From a bacterium (GTDB lineage: Bacteria; Krumholzibacteriota; Krumholzibacteriia; LZORAL124-64-63): a stretch of DNA of 64,000 bases. This document shows positions 41,891-51,598 of the stretch, piece by piece (within the stretch, counting starts at the first letter, position 1; each line of letters starts with the position of its first letter). The notes below the pieces were generated by a model. It was not told the origin of the DNA and did not search any database. It worked only from the letters and a program-made list of their open reading frames with translations. The position numbers were made by a program, and so were the translations under genes. Location of the stretch: the NCBI GenBank assembly GCA_031441465.1, contig JANOEP010000039.1, positions 1-64,000 on the forward strand. The letters are read 5' to 3'.

Positions 41891-43930
41891 CTAGTCGTGG
41901 AAGGTCTCCCGGGCGGTGCGTTCGATCAGCTCGTCGTCGGCGTGTTCGCCCACGGTCACCCGCAGCAGCGGGTCGCGGGACATCGCCGCGCGGATGGCGA
42001 ACTCGGCGCCCGCGTTGCGCGCCCACGCGCGCCGCGCGATGCCGTTGTTGACGTCCCAGTTCAGCATCAGGTCCAGGCGGCGGTCGGCGTCGGCGGTGCC
42101 GTCGAGCACCAGGCCGAAGCCGCCGTTGATCACTTCGCCCCAGCCCACGCCGCCGCCGTTGTGCAGCGAGACCCAGGTGGCGCCGCGGCAGGCGTCGCCG
42201 GCGAAGTTCTGCACGGCCATGTCGGCGCACCACTGCGAACCGTCGCGGATGTTGGCCGTCTCGCGGTAGGGGCTGTCGGTGCCCGAGACGTCGTGGTGGT
42301 CGCGGCCGATGACCACCGGCGCCGACAGGCGGCCGTCGCGGATCGCCGCGTTGAAGGCGGCCGCGAGGCGGCGGCGACCCTGGTCGTCGCTGTAGAGGAT
42401 GCGGGCCTGGCTGCCCACCACCAGGTGGTTGTCCCCGGCCTGGCGGATCCAGAGCAGGTTGTCCAGGTACTGCTGGCGCGTCTCGGGCGGGGCCGCGGCG
42501 GCCAGTTCGGCGATGACCTCGGCGGCGATCCCGTCGGTCGTGGCGAGGTCGCGCGGGTCGGCGCTGGTGCAGACCCAGCGGAAGGGCCCGAAGCCGTAGT
42601 CGAAGCACATCGGTCCCATGATGTCCTCGACGTACGACGGGTAGCGGAAGGAGCCGTCGGGCTGCACGACGTCCGCCCCGGCGCGGCTCGCCTCCAGCAG
42701 GAAGGCGTTGCCGTAGTCCCAGAACCTCATGCCGCGGTCGCTGAGCGCGTTGACCGCCGCCACGTGGCGGCGCAGCGAGGCCTGCACGGCCGCCTTGAAG
42801 GCCGGCGGGTCGTCGGCCAGCAGACGGTTCCCCGCCGCGAGCGTCATCCCGGCGGGGTAGTAGCCCCCGGCGAAGGGGAGGTGCAGGCTGGTCTGGTCGC
42901 TGCCCAGTTCCACGTCGATCCCGTCGCGCACCAGGCGCTCCCAGAGATCCACGACGTTGCCCAGGTAGGCGATCGACACGGGCTGCTTCGCGGCGCGGGC
43001 CTCCGCGAGCCGGCGCAGCACGGTGTCGAGGTCCTCGTACAGCTCGTCGACCCAGCCCTGGGCGTGGCGCTTGCGCGCCGCCTCGGGGTTGACTTCCGCC
43101 ACCAGGCAGACCGCGCCGGCGATGACCGCAGCCTTGGCCTGGGCGCCGCTCATGCCGCCGAGGCCGGCCGTCACGAAGACCTTGCCGCGCAGGCCGTCCC
43201 GCCCGTCGCAGCCCAGGTACAACCGCCCGGCGTTCAGGACCGTGATCGCCGTGCCGTGCACGATGCCCTGAGGGCCGATGTACATGTAGCTGCCGGCGGT
43301 CATCTGCCCGTAGCTGGTGACGCCCAGCGCGGCCAGGCGCGCGTAGTCGTCGGGGGAGGAGTGGTTCGGGATCACCATGCCGTTGGTGACGATGACGCGC
43401 GGCGCGTCGGCGTGCGAAGGGAACAGCCCGAGCGGGTGGCCCGAGTACATGACCAGGGTCTGGTCCTCGGACATCTCGCTGAGGTACTTCATCGCGAGCA
43501 GGTACTGGGCCCAGTTCTGGAAGACGGCGCCGTTGCCGCCGTAGGTGATCAGCTCGTAGGGGTGCTGGGCGACGGCCGGGTCCAGGTTGTTCTGGATCAT
43601 GTGCATGACGGCCGCGGCCTGGCGGGTCCGGGCGGGGTACTCGTCCAGGGGCCGGGCCCGCATCGCGTAGGCGGGGCGCAGGCGGTGCATGTAGATGCGG
43701 CCGAGTTCGGCCAGCTCGCGGGCGAATTCGGGGGCCAGTTCGCCGTGCCAGGCGGCGGGGACGTAGCGCAGGGCGTTGCGCAGGGCCAGGCGTTTCCCGG
43801 CGGCGTCCAGCGGCAGCGGGCGGCGCGGCGCGCGGCTGACCGCGGGATCGACCGGCGGCGGCGGCGGCGGGGCGGTTGGCAGGCCGCGGCGGATCTGGGC
43901 CTGGAAATCCGCGGGGATCGTGGTGGCCAA
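41891..43930 (-). CDS. hutU: Urocanate hydratase (long form)
   Basis: NNLDPAVA, YGQMTAGS, GPQGIVHGT, GLGGMSGAQ, SDQTS, GRDHHDVSG, HNGGGVGWG. TTG start at 43930 with AGGAG RBS. Confidence 0.93.
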   Translation of the reverse strand: MATTIPADFQAQIRRGLPTAPPPPPPVDPAVSRAPRRPLPLDAAGKRLALRNALRYVPAAWHGELAPEFARELAELGRIYMHRLRPAYAMRARPLDEYPARTRQAAAVMHMIQNNLDPAVAQHPYELITYGGNGAVFQNWAQYLLAMKYLSEMSEDQTLVMYSGHPLGLFPSHADAPRVIVTNGMVIPNHSSPDDYARLAALGVTSYGQMTAGSYMYIGPQGIVHGTAITVLNAGRLYLGCDGRDGLRGKVFVTAGLGGMSGAQAKAAVIAGAVCLVAEVNPEAARKRHAQGWVDELYEDLDTVLRRLAEARAAKQPVSIAYLGNVVDLWERLVRDGIDVELGSDQTSLHLPFAGGYYPAGMTLAAGNRLLADDPPAFKAAVQASLRRHVAAVNALSDRGMRFWDYGNAFLLEASRAGADVVQPDGSFRYPSYVEDIMGPMCFDYGFGPFRWVCTSADPRDLATTDGIAAEVIAELAAAAPPETRQQYLDNLLWIRQAGDNHLVVGSQARILYSDDQGRRRLAAAFNAAIRDGRLSAPVVIGRDHHDVSGTDSPYRETANIRDGSQWCADMAVQNFAGDACRGATWVSLHNGGGVGWGEVINGGFGLVLDGTADADRRLDLMLNWDVNNGIARRAWARNAGAEFAIRAAMSRDPLLRVTVGEHADDELIERTARETFHD

Positions 43931-44038
43931 GGCGACTCCTGCTGGTTCGGGCCGCGGGATCCGGACCGGCGGACGATAACACACGGCTGCCCCGGAGCCA
44001 ACCCGCGGCCACCCGCCCGCAGCCGTGACCGGCGGTGC

Positions 44039-44067
44039 TTGACCCGCGCCGTCGTCGGTGCCATCCT
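44039..44067 (+). promoter_or_regulatory. Possible sigma-70 promoter for Yip1-peptidase genes
   Basis: TTGACC-N17-CATCCT with TG extension. Confidence 0.4.
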
Positions 44068-44099
44068 GCGCCGGAATCCCAACCCAACGGAGGTGGACC

Positions 44100-44645
44100 G
44101 TGAATGTCCTGATCCAACGGATGATCCGCGCCGCGCGGCTCGATCCGGCGCTGTACGAGGAAGTCGAGCACGACGGCGGCGCCACCATGCAGGCCTTGTT
44201 CGTGGTGCTGCTGACGAGCGTGGCCGCGGGCGTCGGCAACCTCGGTCTCGGCGGCGTGAACGGCCTGTTCAGCGGTCTGGTCTCCTCGGTCGTGGGCTGG
44301 GTGGTCTGGTCGGGCGTCGTCTACGTGCTGGGCACGCGGGTGCTGCCGGAGACGGGGACCGAGGCCAACCTCGGCCAGCTGCTGCGCACCCTGGGCTTCG
44401 CCTCCTCGCCCGGCCTGATCCGCGTGTTGGGCTCCATCCCCGTGCTGGGCTGGCTGGTCAGCCTGGTCGCCTTCTTCTGGATGCTCGCCGCCACCGTCGT
44501 CGCGGTGCGCCAGGCCCTGGACTACACGAGCACCGCCCGGGCCGTGCTGGTGTGCGTGCTGGGCTGGTTGGCGATGATCGCCGTCACGGTGGTGATCGGG
44601 ATGCTGTTCGGCGGGATGCCGAACCTGTCGGGCGCCGCCAACTGA
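44100..44645 (+). CDS. Yip1-family membrane protein
   Basis: RMIRAARLD..LYEEVE.D..AT.QA; LLRTLGFASSPG; AVRQALDY.ST.RA; several TM helices. GGAGG RBS. Confidence 0.85.
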   Translation: MNVLIQRMIRAARLDPALYEEVEHDGGATMQALFVVLLTSVAAGVGNLGLGGVNGLFSGLVSSVVGWVVWSGVVYVLGTRVLPETGTEANLGQLLRTLGFASSPGLIRVLGSIPVLGWLVSLVAFFWMLAATVVAVRQALDYTSTARAVLVCVLGWLAMIAVTVVIGMLFGGMPNLSGAAN

Positions 44646-44659
44646 AAGGAGGGATCGCC

Positions 44660-45928
44660 GTGAAACGCTTACTCGTGATCTGCCTGCTGGCCGTGTGCGC
44701 GACGTCCGCCGCCGCCCAGCCGCCGGTCTACAAGGCCAAGTACAAGTTCCCGGTCCTGGACCAGATCGAGGCCCGCCGCGACTCCCTCAAGGCGCTGGTG
44801 TCCGAAGCGAAGGCCGCCGCCGACGCGCAGTACGCCGAGCAGGAGAAGGCCAAGAAGGACGCCGGGATGTCCCTGCGCCCGGACTGGACGGGCGTCGAGA
44901 TTCCCGCCGGCCCCGACGCCTTCAAGATCCGCCTGGCCCACCTGCCGCCCGTGGCGCAGTTCAACACCGGCTCGTGCTGGGCCTTCTCGGCGACCTCGTT
45001 CATGGAGTCGGAAGTCATCCGGCAGACCAAGCGCAACGTGAAGCTGTCGGAGATGTGGCTGGTCTACTGGGAGTACGTGGAGAAGGTGCGCCGCTGGGTG
45101 CGCGAGTACGGCCACAGCGAGGTGCAGGAGGGTTCGCAGGGTGATGCGGTCCTCGACATCTACGCCAAGTACGGGATCGTCCCCGGGGAGATCTACACCG
45201 GGGTGCCCTTCGCCGACGGCCGCCACGACCACACCGTGCTCATGGACGAGCTGACGTCCTGGCTGAAGTGGGCCGAGGACAACGGCGTCTGGGACGAGAC
45301 GCGCGTCGTGGACGGCGCCCGCGCCATCCTCGATCGCCACATGGGCCGACCGCCGGAGACCTTCTCCTGGCAGGGCCGCACGTTCAGCCCGCGCTCGTTC
45401 CTGCTGGAGGCCCTGCGGCTGGATCCCGGCGCCTACGTCACCTGCGTGTCGCGGCTGGAACAGCCGGGCGTCGCTTTCTACCAGCCCTGCCTGCTGGACG
45501 TGCGCGACAACTGGCGGCGCAAGGCCGACTACCTGAACCTGCCCCTGGACGTCTTCCGCGCCACGATCGACAAGGCGCTGCGCGCGGGCTACACCGTGGC
45601 CTTCGGCGGCGACAACTCCGAACCCGGGGTCGACGGCATGGTGAACGCGGCGATCGTCCCGCGCTGGGACATCCCCGGCGAGCTGATCGACCAGGGCAGC
45701 CGCGAATTCCGCATCGCCAACGGGCAGACCGGCGACGACCACGGCATCCACGCCGTCGGCCTGACCAGCGTGGGCGGCCGCGACTGGTACCTCGTCAAGG
45801 ACAGCAACCGCAGCTCGCGCCTGGGGGTCTACCAGGGCTACTACATGTTCGACGCGGACTACGTCGCGCTGAAGATGCTGACCGTGATGGTGCACCGCGA
45901 CATGCTCAAGGGCGTGGGGCCGCAGTAA
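44660..45928 (+). CDS. Secreted papain-like C1 (aminopeptidase C/bleomycin hydrolase-like) peptidase
   Basis: QFNTGSCWAFS, LSEM, YGIVP, DDHGIHAVG, YLVKDS; signal peptide. AAGGAGG RBS. Confidence 0.88.
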   Translation: MKRLLVICLLAVCATSAAAQPPVYKAKYKFPVLDQIEARRDSLKALVSEAKAAADAQYAEQEKAKKDAGMSLRPDWTGVEIPAGPDAFKIRLAHLPPVAQFNTGSCWAFSATSFMESEVIRQTKRNVKLSEMWLVYWEYVEKVRRWVREYGHSEVQEGSQGDAVLDIYAKYGIVPGEIYTGVPFADGRHDHTVLMDELTSWLKWAEDNGVWDETRVVDGARAILDRHMGRPPETFSWQGRTFSPRSFLLEALRLDPGAYVTCVSRLEQPGVAFYQPCLLDVRDNWRRKADYLNLPLDVFRATIDKALRAGYTVAFGGDNSEPGVDGMVNAAIVPRWDIPGELIDQGSREFRIANGQTGDDHGIHAVGLTSVGGRDWYLVKDSNRSSRLGVYQGYYMFDADYVALKMLTVMVHRDMLKGVGPQ

Positions 45929-45961
45929 TCCCCGCGCGTCCGCTCCGGGGATCCGAGAAGT

Positions 45962-45987
45962 GAGGGGGAGCCGTCGGGCTCCCCCTC
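45962..45987. terminator. Stem-loop terminator between convergent genes
   Basis: GAGGGGGAGCC-gtcg-GGCTCCCCCTC. Confidence 0.7.
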
Positions 45988-46009
45988 CTCGCATCGGGGC
46001 GGGCCGGGA

Positions 46010-47170
46010 TCAGTCCAGCGGCGTCTCGACGAGCGGGGCGCCGATCCCACGCCGGGCCAGCTCCGCCAGCACACGGTCGGCGGGGATCACCAGCTCCTGG
46101 GGCTGGGCGCCGGTCGGCACCCCGCCCCGCGCCAGCAGCGCGGCGACGATCGCCGCCGGGAAGCCGGTCATCCGCATCATGGCCGTCAGGCCGGTCGCTG
46201 CGTCCTCGTGGTCGATGATCGTCATGGTGCGCCGCACGCGCCGGCCGCCGGCGACACCGTCGGCTTCCACGCGCAGCAGCACGACGTCGGGGCCGTCTTT
46301 GGGACAGGCCTGTTCGAGGCAGGTCGCCAGCACGTCGCGCGGCCGCACTTCGCCGCCGACGCCGGCCGGGCGCAGCGGCAGCGAGGAGGTCAGGCCCAGC
46401 TCGTGCAGGGGCAGGATGCGGTCGCGGTGGCCCGGGTAGCGGATCGTCTTGTAGTCGAGATCGCGCACGCGGCCGCGCAGGGTGCGCGTGAGCGTCGAGG
46501 CGCCGCCGCTGGTCTGGAAGGCTTCCAGGCGCCCGAAAGGCGGGGGGAAATCGAGGCCCTCCAGCTCCGAGAGGCCGGGCACGGTCCGCTCCTCGCCGTC
46601 CCGCAGCACCAGGCAGGGTTCGATGTACTCGTTGATCAGGCCCTGCACCGAGAACACGATCATGTAGTCGAGCGGCGGTCGGGGGCGCAGAGGCAGGCCG
46701 CCGACGCGCAGCCGCAACGCGTCGCACGCGTCCAGACCGACGGCCAGGTGGTGGCCGAGCAGGCCGGCCAGCCCCGGCGCCAGGCCGCAGTCGGGCACCA
46801 CGGAGACTCCCGAGGCGCGGGCGTCCCGGTCGCGCGCGAACTGGGACGCGACGACGTCGTTGTTGCCGCCGAGGTCCACGAAATGGGCGTGGTGCGCGAT
46901 CGCCAGGGCCGTGAGCCCGTCGTTGAACCAGTAGTTCACGGCGCTGGTGCAGACGGCCGCCTCGTCGAGCAGCGGGGCGAGCAGCACGGGGTCGGTGACG
47001 TCGCCGGCCACGGTGCGCAGGCGCGGATCGTCGAGCCAGTCCGCCAGCGCGGCCAGCGCGTCGCGATCGCGGTCCACGACGGTCAGGCCCGTCACGCCCT
47101 CGGCGTGGCGCAGCAGGTCCCAGGCGATGGCGCGGCCCTGCAGGCCGGCGCCGAGCAACAGGTGGCGCAT
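46010..47170 (-). CDS. Saccharopine dehydrogenase / lysine 6-dehydrogenase family protein
   Basis: LGAGLQG Rossmann motif, DLGGN, PDCGLAPG, VGGLP..P.PPLDY, GLINEY, YKTIRYPGH, AMMRMTGFP. Confidence 0.88.
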   Translation of the reverse strand: MRHLLLGAGLQGRAIAWDLLRHAEGVTGLTVVDRDRDALAALADWLDDPRLRTVAGDVTDPVLLAPLLDEAAVCTSAVNYWFNDGLTALAIAHHAHFVDLGGNNDVVASQFARDRDARASGVSVVPDCGLAPGLAGLLGHHLAVGLDACDALRLRVGGLPLRPRPPLDYMIVFSVQGLINEYIEPCLVLRDGEERTVPGLSELEGLDFPPPFGRLEAFQTSGGASTLTRTLRGRVRDLDYKTIRYPGHRDRILPLHELGLTSSLPLRPAGVGGEVRPRDVLATCLEQACPKDGPDVVLLRVEADGVAGGRRVRRTMTIIDHEDAATGLTAMMRMTGFPAAIVAALLARGGVPTGAQPQELVIPADRVLAELARRGIGAPLVETPLD

Positions 47171-47277
47171 GTTCGATCCTTCCGAAGGTGGGTGGGCACC
47201 GTAACACCCGGCACCGCGCCCGGCAACGCCCTGGAAATGTCGGCCCGAAAATGTCGGCGCGAGCCGCGATCCGGCCT

Positions 47278-47306
47278 TTGACGCCGACGGGGGGCGGGGT
47301 TAGACT
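47278..47306 (+). promoter_or_regulatory. sigma-70 promoter for fumarase operon
   Basis: TTGACG-N17-TAGACT. Confidence 0.65.
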
Positions 47307-47363
47307 CCCGGCAGCGCCCCCGGGACGGCCCGGGCGACGCCATCCAGCCGAAAAGGAGAATTC

Positions 47364-48251
47364 ATGGATGCCAAGATGCTGCAGGCGCGGCTGCTGGAAC
47401 TGATCAGACGAACCTCCTGCGATCTGCCGCCCGACGTCATCCGCGCGGTGGACAAGGGCTGGCGCCGCGAGAAGCCCGGCACCAACGCCAAGTACGCGTT
47501 CGGGGTCATCCGCGACAACATCAAGCTCGCGACCGGCAAGTCGCAGCCCCTCTGCCAGGACACCGGCACCATCATCTGCGACGTGGCGCGCCCCGACTGG
47601 GTGAGCGAGCGCGCCTTCCGCGCCGCCTTCGAGAAGGCCGTGGACGAGGCGACGCGCATCGGCTACCTGCGCCAGAACTCCGTCGACTCCATCACCGGCC
47701 GCAACTCGGGCAACAACCTCGGGCCCGGCAGCCCGGTCATCCACTTCCACGAGACGACCGCCCGGGCGCTCACGGCCAGGCTGATGCTCAAGGGCGGCGG
47801 CTGCGAGAACGTGGGCGCGCAGTACAGCCTGCCCGACACGGGCCTCGGCGCCGGCCGCGACCTCGAGGGCGTGCGCCGCTGCGTGCTGGACGCGGTCAAC
47901 AAGGCCCAGGGCAAGGGCTGCGGCCCCGGCGTGCTCGGCGTCTGCATCGGCGGCGACCGCGCGACCGGCTACGTGTCCTCGAAGGAGACGCTCCTGCGCT
48001 CCCTGGACGACGTCAACGAAGACCCCGTGCTGGCGAAACTGGAGCGCCGCCTGCTGGACGAGGCGAACACCCTGGGCATCGGCCCGATGGGTTTCGGCGG
48101 CGCCACGACCCTGCTCGGCGTCAAGATCACCGCGCGCAACCGCGTGCCGGCCTCGTTCTTCGTCTCGGTGTCCTACATGTGCTGGGCGTACCGGCGCGAC
48201 GGCTTCCAGCTGTCCGCCGCGGGCAAGATCGCCAAATGGTTGTACGACTAG
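47364..48251 (+). CDS. Class I fumarate hydratase, alpha (N-terminal) subunit
   Basis: PLCQDTG, KGGGCEN, GKGCGPG, LGIGPMGFGG..T, CWAYRR. Confidence 0.92.
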   Translation: MDAKMLQARLLELIRRTSCDLPPDVIRAVDKGWRREKPGTNAKYAFGVIRDNIKLATGKSQPLCQDTGTIICDVARPDWVSERAFRAAFEKAVDEATRIGYLRQNSVDSITGRNSGNNLGPGSPVIHFHETTARALTARLMLKGGGCENVGAQYSLPDTGLGAGRDLEGVRRCVLDAVNKAQGKGCGPGVLGVCIGGDRATGYVSSKETLLRSLDDVNEDPVLAKLERRLLDEANTLGIGPMGFGGATTLLGVKITARNRVPASFFVSVSYMCWAYRRDGFQLSAAGKIAKWLYD

Positions 48252-48268
48252 CCGTCGAAAGGAACGCC

Positions 48269-48838
48269 ATGCTGCTGGAAGCCCCGTTCACCGAAGCGAA
48301 GATGCGCGCACTGAAGGTGGGCGACCTGGTGGAGATCACGGGCGTGGTCTACACCGGTCGCGACGCGGTCCACAAGTACCTGCACGAGGGCGGCAAACCC
48401 CCGGTCGACCTGCGCGACGCCATCATCTACCACTGCGGTCCCGTGGTGGTGAAGGAGGGCGGCCGCTGGGTCGTGAAGGCCGCCGGACCGACGACCTCGA
48501 TCCGCGAGGAACCCTACCAGGGTCCGCTGATGGAGCAGTACGGCCTGCGCGGGGTCATCGGCAAGGGAGGCATGGGTCCCAAGACGCTGGCCGCCTGCCA
48601 GAAGGTCGGCGCCTGCTACCTCCACGCCATCGGCGGCGCCGCGCAGGTGCTGGCCGAGTGCGTCACGGCGGTCGAAGGCGTGCACCTGATGGAGGAGTTC
48701 GGCTCGCCGGAGGCGATCTGGGTGTTCCGGGTCGTGCGCTTCCCGGCCGTGGTGACCATGGATTCCCACGGCAAGTCCCTGCACGCGAACGTGGCGTCGG
48801 CGTCGGCGGAGGCTCTGGCCCGCCTGCTGAAGCCCTAA
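48269..48838 (+). CDS. Class I fumarate hydratase, beta (C-terminal) subunit
   Basis: TGRDAVH, YHCGP, AGPTTSIRE, IGKGGMG, EAIW, VTMDSHG. Confidence 0.92.
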   Translation: MLLEAPFTEAKMRALKVGDLVEITGVVYTGRDAVHKYLHEGGKPPVDLRDAIIYHCGPVVVKEGGRWVVKAAGPTTSIREEPYQGPLMEQYGLRGVIGKGGMGPKTLAACQKVGACYLHAIGGAAQVLAECVTAVEGVHLMEEFGSPEAIWVFRVVRFPAVVTMDSHGKSLHANVASASAEALARLLKP

Positions 48839-48881
48839 TCCCGGTACGGCAATGGCGCGGCCGACGCGCGAGGAGTGCGCC

Positions 48882-50216
48882 TTGTCCCACGACGACCCGA
48901 ACCTGCATCGATCCGCGGCGCCCGACGCCGGCGTCTTCTCCCTGGCGAGCCTGCTCGGCGTGGTGTGGCACCGCCGCTGGCTGGTGCTGGTGGTGACCGC
49001 CGCCGGCCTGGCCGTCGCCTTGCTCTACTTGGTGATCACCCGCCCGCTCTACCAGGCCTCGGCCACCGTGCGCCCCGGCATCACCAACTACACGGCCGCC
49101 TGGCAGCCGGAGCGCGGCTGGCAGCTCAAGGACCTCGTCCGCTGGTACAGCCGCGGCATGTACGGGTCGGGCGTCAAGGCGAAGCTCGGCCTGCCCGAGC
49201 GCTCGTACCGGCCCGACATCATGGCCGACTTCATCCCGCGCGGCGTCGGCACCCAGGGCGGCGACGTGGTGACCCTGACCACGCTGAGCCCGTCGCGGCA
49301 GCAGGCGAGTGCGATCCTGGAAACGTCGATCGCCCTGTTCAACGAGTACGCCGAGATCAACTCCGTGGGCAACAGCCTGTCGCTGGCCCGCAAGAGTCTG
49401 CAGAACGAGATCGACAAGCTGCAGAACGAGCGCGCCAACGTCACCATCAAGCGCGACCTGCTCAACCTGATGATCGATCGCAAGCGCCAGGAACTCGAGG
49501 GCGTGGCGATGGAACAGAAGAAGCTCGAGCTGCGGATCCAGGAGTTCCTGATCGAGGCCGACCTGCGCCAGGACAAGGCCGCCAGCCTCGACGCCCGCAT
49601 CGACGCCATGGAGAACGGCCTGCAGGAAATGGCCTACTACCTCGAGCGCATGAAGGAGAAGGAACGACTCCAGGACAGCCGCGACACGCTGCTGGTCGAG
49701 GCGCCCCCGCCCGACGCCGAGACGCCCTGGCTCCCGGACCTCATCCAGGACAAGACCTCGCTCGCGGGCCGGCTGCTGCTGAGCACGCTGGAAGCCGAGT
49801 CCTCCGTCTACGAGGACCGGCTCGAGGCCCTCGACCTGCGCTCCGCCAACCGCGTGGAGGACCTCAAGCGCCGCCAGTTGCTGCTGGAGGAGACCTACAC
49901 CCTGCGCAAGAAGGCGACCCTGCTCGAGTCCGAGATCAAGGAGATGGAGATCAACCGCGACCGCTCCCTGGAGCAGGAGCTGGTGAAGCTCGTCGACGAG
50001 GTGCGCGTCTTCCAGTCGCGGCTCGAGGTGCTGACGCCGCTGGAGCAGATCGGCACGATCATGGTCAGCGAACGGCCCGTGCGCCCGCGCAAGCTGCGCG
50101 TGCTGGGCCTGCTGACCGCCGCCGGCCTGCTGGCCGGCCTGACCCTGGCCGTCGGCTGGGACTACTTGTCGCGGCACCGCGAAGAGATCCTGCGGAACCC
50201 GGCCGCGCGGCCGTGA
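48882..50216 (+). CDS. Wzz/GumC-like polysaccharide co-polymerase
   Basis: N-terminal TM + PLYQASATV, long coiled coil, C-terminal PVRPRK + TM. AGGAG RBS before TTG 48882. Confidence 0.75.
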   Translation: MSHDDPNLHRSAAPDAGVFSLASLLGVVWHRRWLVLVVTAAGLAVALLYLVITRPLYQASATVRPGITNYTAAWQPERGWQLKDLVRWYSRGMYGSGVKAKLGLPERSYRPDIMADFIPRGVGTQGGDVVTLTTLSPSRQQASAILETSIALFNEYAEINSVGNSLSLARKSLQNEIDKLQNERANVTIKRDLLNLMIDRKRQELEGVAMEQKKLELRIQEFLIEADLRQDKAASLDARIDAMENGLQEMAYYLERMKEKERLQDSRDTLLVEAPPPDAETPWLPDLIQDKTSLAGRLLLSTLEAESSVYEDRLEALDLRSANRVEDLKRRQLLLEETYTLRKKATLLESEIKEMEINRDRSLEQELVKLVDEVRVFQSRLEVLTPLEQIGTIMVSERPVRPRKLRVLGLLTAAGLLAGLTLAVGWDYLSRHREEILRNPAARP

Positions 50217-51511
50217 CCCGCGGCGCCGGCCTCTGGCGCGACCTGGGTGTGCTGGCGGCCGGTCAGGGGGCGGCCCAGCTGCTGAACCTGGCGGCCCTGA
50301 TCGTGGTCGCCCGCGCCCTCGGCGGCCATTGGTTCGGCGTCCTGCAGGTGGCGGCCGCCGTTTCCGCCTACGTCCTGCTGGCCGCCGAAGCCGGTCTGTT
50401 CACCTTGGGCGTGCGGGACCTCGCCCGTCTCGATCCCCGCGATCATGCCGATCCCCGCGACCATGCCGAAGCGCGCGAACTCGTCGCGCGACGGACCGGG
50501 CTGCTGCTGCTGCTGGCGCTGGCCGCCGGCCTGCTCGGCGCCTGCCTGCTGCCCTGGTTCGGGGCCCCGCGGCAGGATCCCCGTCTGCTCTGGCTCTACC
50601 TCGCCGGCGTCCTGCCACAAGCGTTGATGACCGACTGGGTCGTGCTGGGTCTGGGCCGTCCCGCCTGGGCGGCCGCCGCCCGGACCGTCCGCAGCCTGGT
50701 GGCCGCCCTGCTCGTGCTGCTGCTCTTTGGCGGGATGGGTGAGGGGACCGGCGCCGGACTGCGCCTCTGGGCGCCGATCACCTACCTGGCGGGCTTCTTC
50801 GCCGGAAATCTGGTGGCTGCCGCAGGCGCGGCGCGCGCGCTCGGGGCGCGTCCCGTCTGGCGGCGGCCGAGTCTGCCCGGTCTGCGGCGCGATCTGGCCG
50901 CCGCCACGCCCCTCGGCGCCGCGAACCTGTTGCGCCGCGTCCTGTTCAACGTCGATCTGGTCGTCCTGGGCTTGCTGGCGACACCGGTCGAGGCCGGCCG
51001 CTACGCCGCGGCCAGCCGGCTGGCCTTCGTCCTGGTGACGGTCACCGAGTCGTCGCTGGGCGCGGTCCTGCCCAGGCTGGCTCGGCTGCACCGGCAGGGG
51101 CTGCCGGCCTATCGCCGGGGTGTGCGCCGCGTCGTGGCGAGGACCGCCCTGGCGTTCGGGATTCTCGCCGCCGCGGGGGCCCTGTTCGGCGGACCCCTGG
51201 TGCGCCGGCTGTTCGGTGCGGCGTTCGCGGGTTCGGCGTCCGTCTTCGCCGTGCTGGTGGTCGGCTACGCCGCCCTGGCTCTGGCCCTGCTGCTGCACGA
51301 GACGCTGGTGGCCGAGGATCGCCAGGCTGCCGGATTGCCGCCCCTGGTGGCCTGCGCCGTGTTGGCCGTGCTGGGGGCCGCCGTTGCCGTGCCGCTGGGG
51401 GGGGCCGTGGGCGTGGCGTGGGCCATGGCCGGCTCGCACCTGGCTTACGCGCTCTGGCTCTCGGCGTTGGCACTGGTTCCACGACGGGCGCCGCGGTGGG
51501 ATCTGCCCTAG
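50213..51511 (+). CDS. Wzx/MOP-family polysaccharide flippase
   Basis: ARALGGHWFG, D.VVLG...AGRYAAASRL, LPRLARL; about 12 TM helices. Confidence 0.8.
   Translation: MTRGAGLWRDLGVLAAGQGAAQLLNLAALIVVARALGGHWFGVLQVAAAVSAYVLLAAEAGLFTLGVRDLARLDPRDHADPRDHAEARELVARRTGLLLLLALAAGLLGACLLPWFGAPRQDPRLLWLYLAGVLPQALMTDWVVLGLGRPAWAAAARTVRSLVAALLVLLLFGGMGEGTGAGLRLWAPITYLAGFFAGNLVAAAGAARALGARPVWRRPSLPGLRRDLAAATPLGAANLLRRVLFNVDLVVLGLLATPVEAGRYAAASRLAFVLVTVTESSLGAVLPRLARLHRQGLPAYRRGVRRVVARTALAFGILAAAGALFGGPLVRRLFGAAFAGSASVFAVLVVGYAALALALLLHETLVAEDRQAAGLPPLVACAVLAVLGAAVAVPLGGAVGVAWAMAGSHLAYALWLSALALVPRRAPRWDLP
50432..50467 (+). repeat. In-frame 18-bp tandem duplication (DPRDHA x2)
   Basis: GATCCCCGCGATCATGCC / GATCCCCGCGACCATGCC, one mismatch. 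Confidence 0.85.
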
Positions 51512-51598
51512 CGTCCCCGGCCCGAGGCGGGTATATTCACCCCTTCGCGCGCCGCCTCGGGCGTCGCCCCCCGACCGGTCAGAAAAGGAGAGAGGCCT

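Noticed and set aside
41897..44659. N-terminal extension of the 1343-aa track ORF
   Set aside because: It is the antisense of hutU. Only the part from GTG 44660 (with RBS and signal peptide) is the real peptidase.
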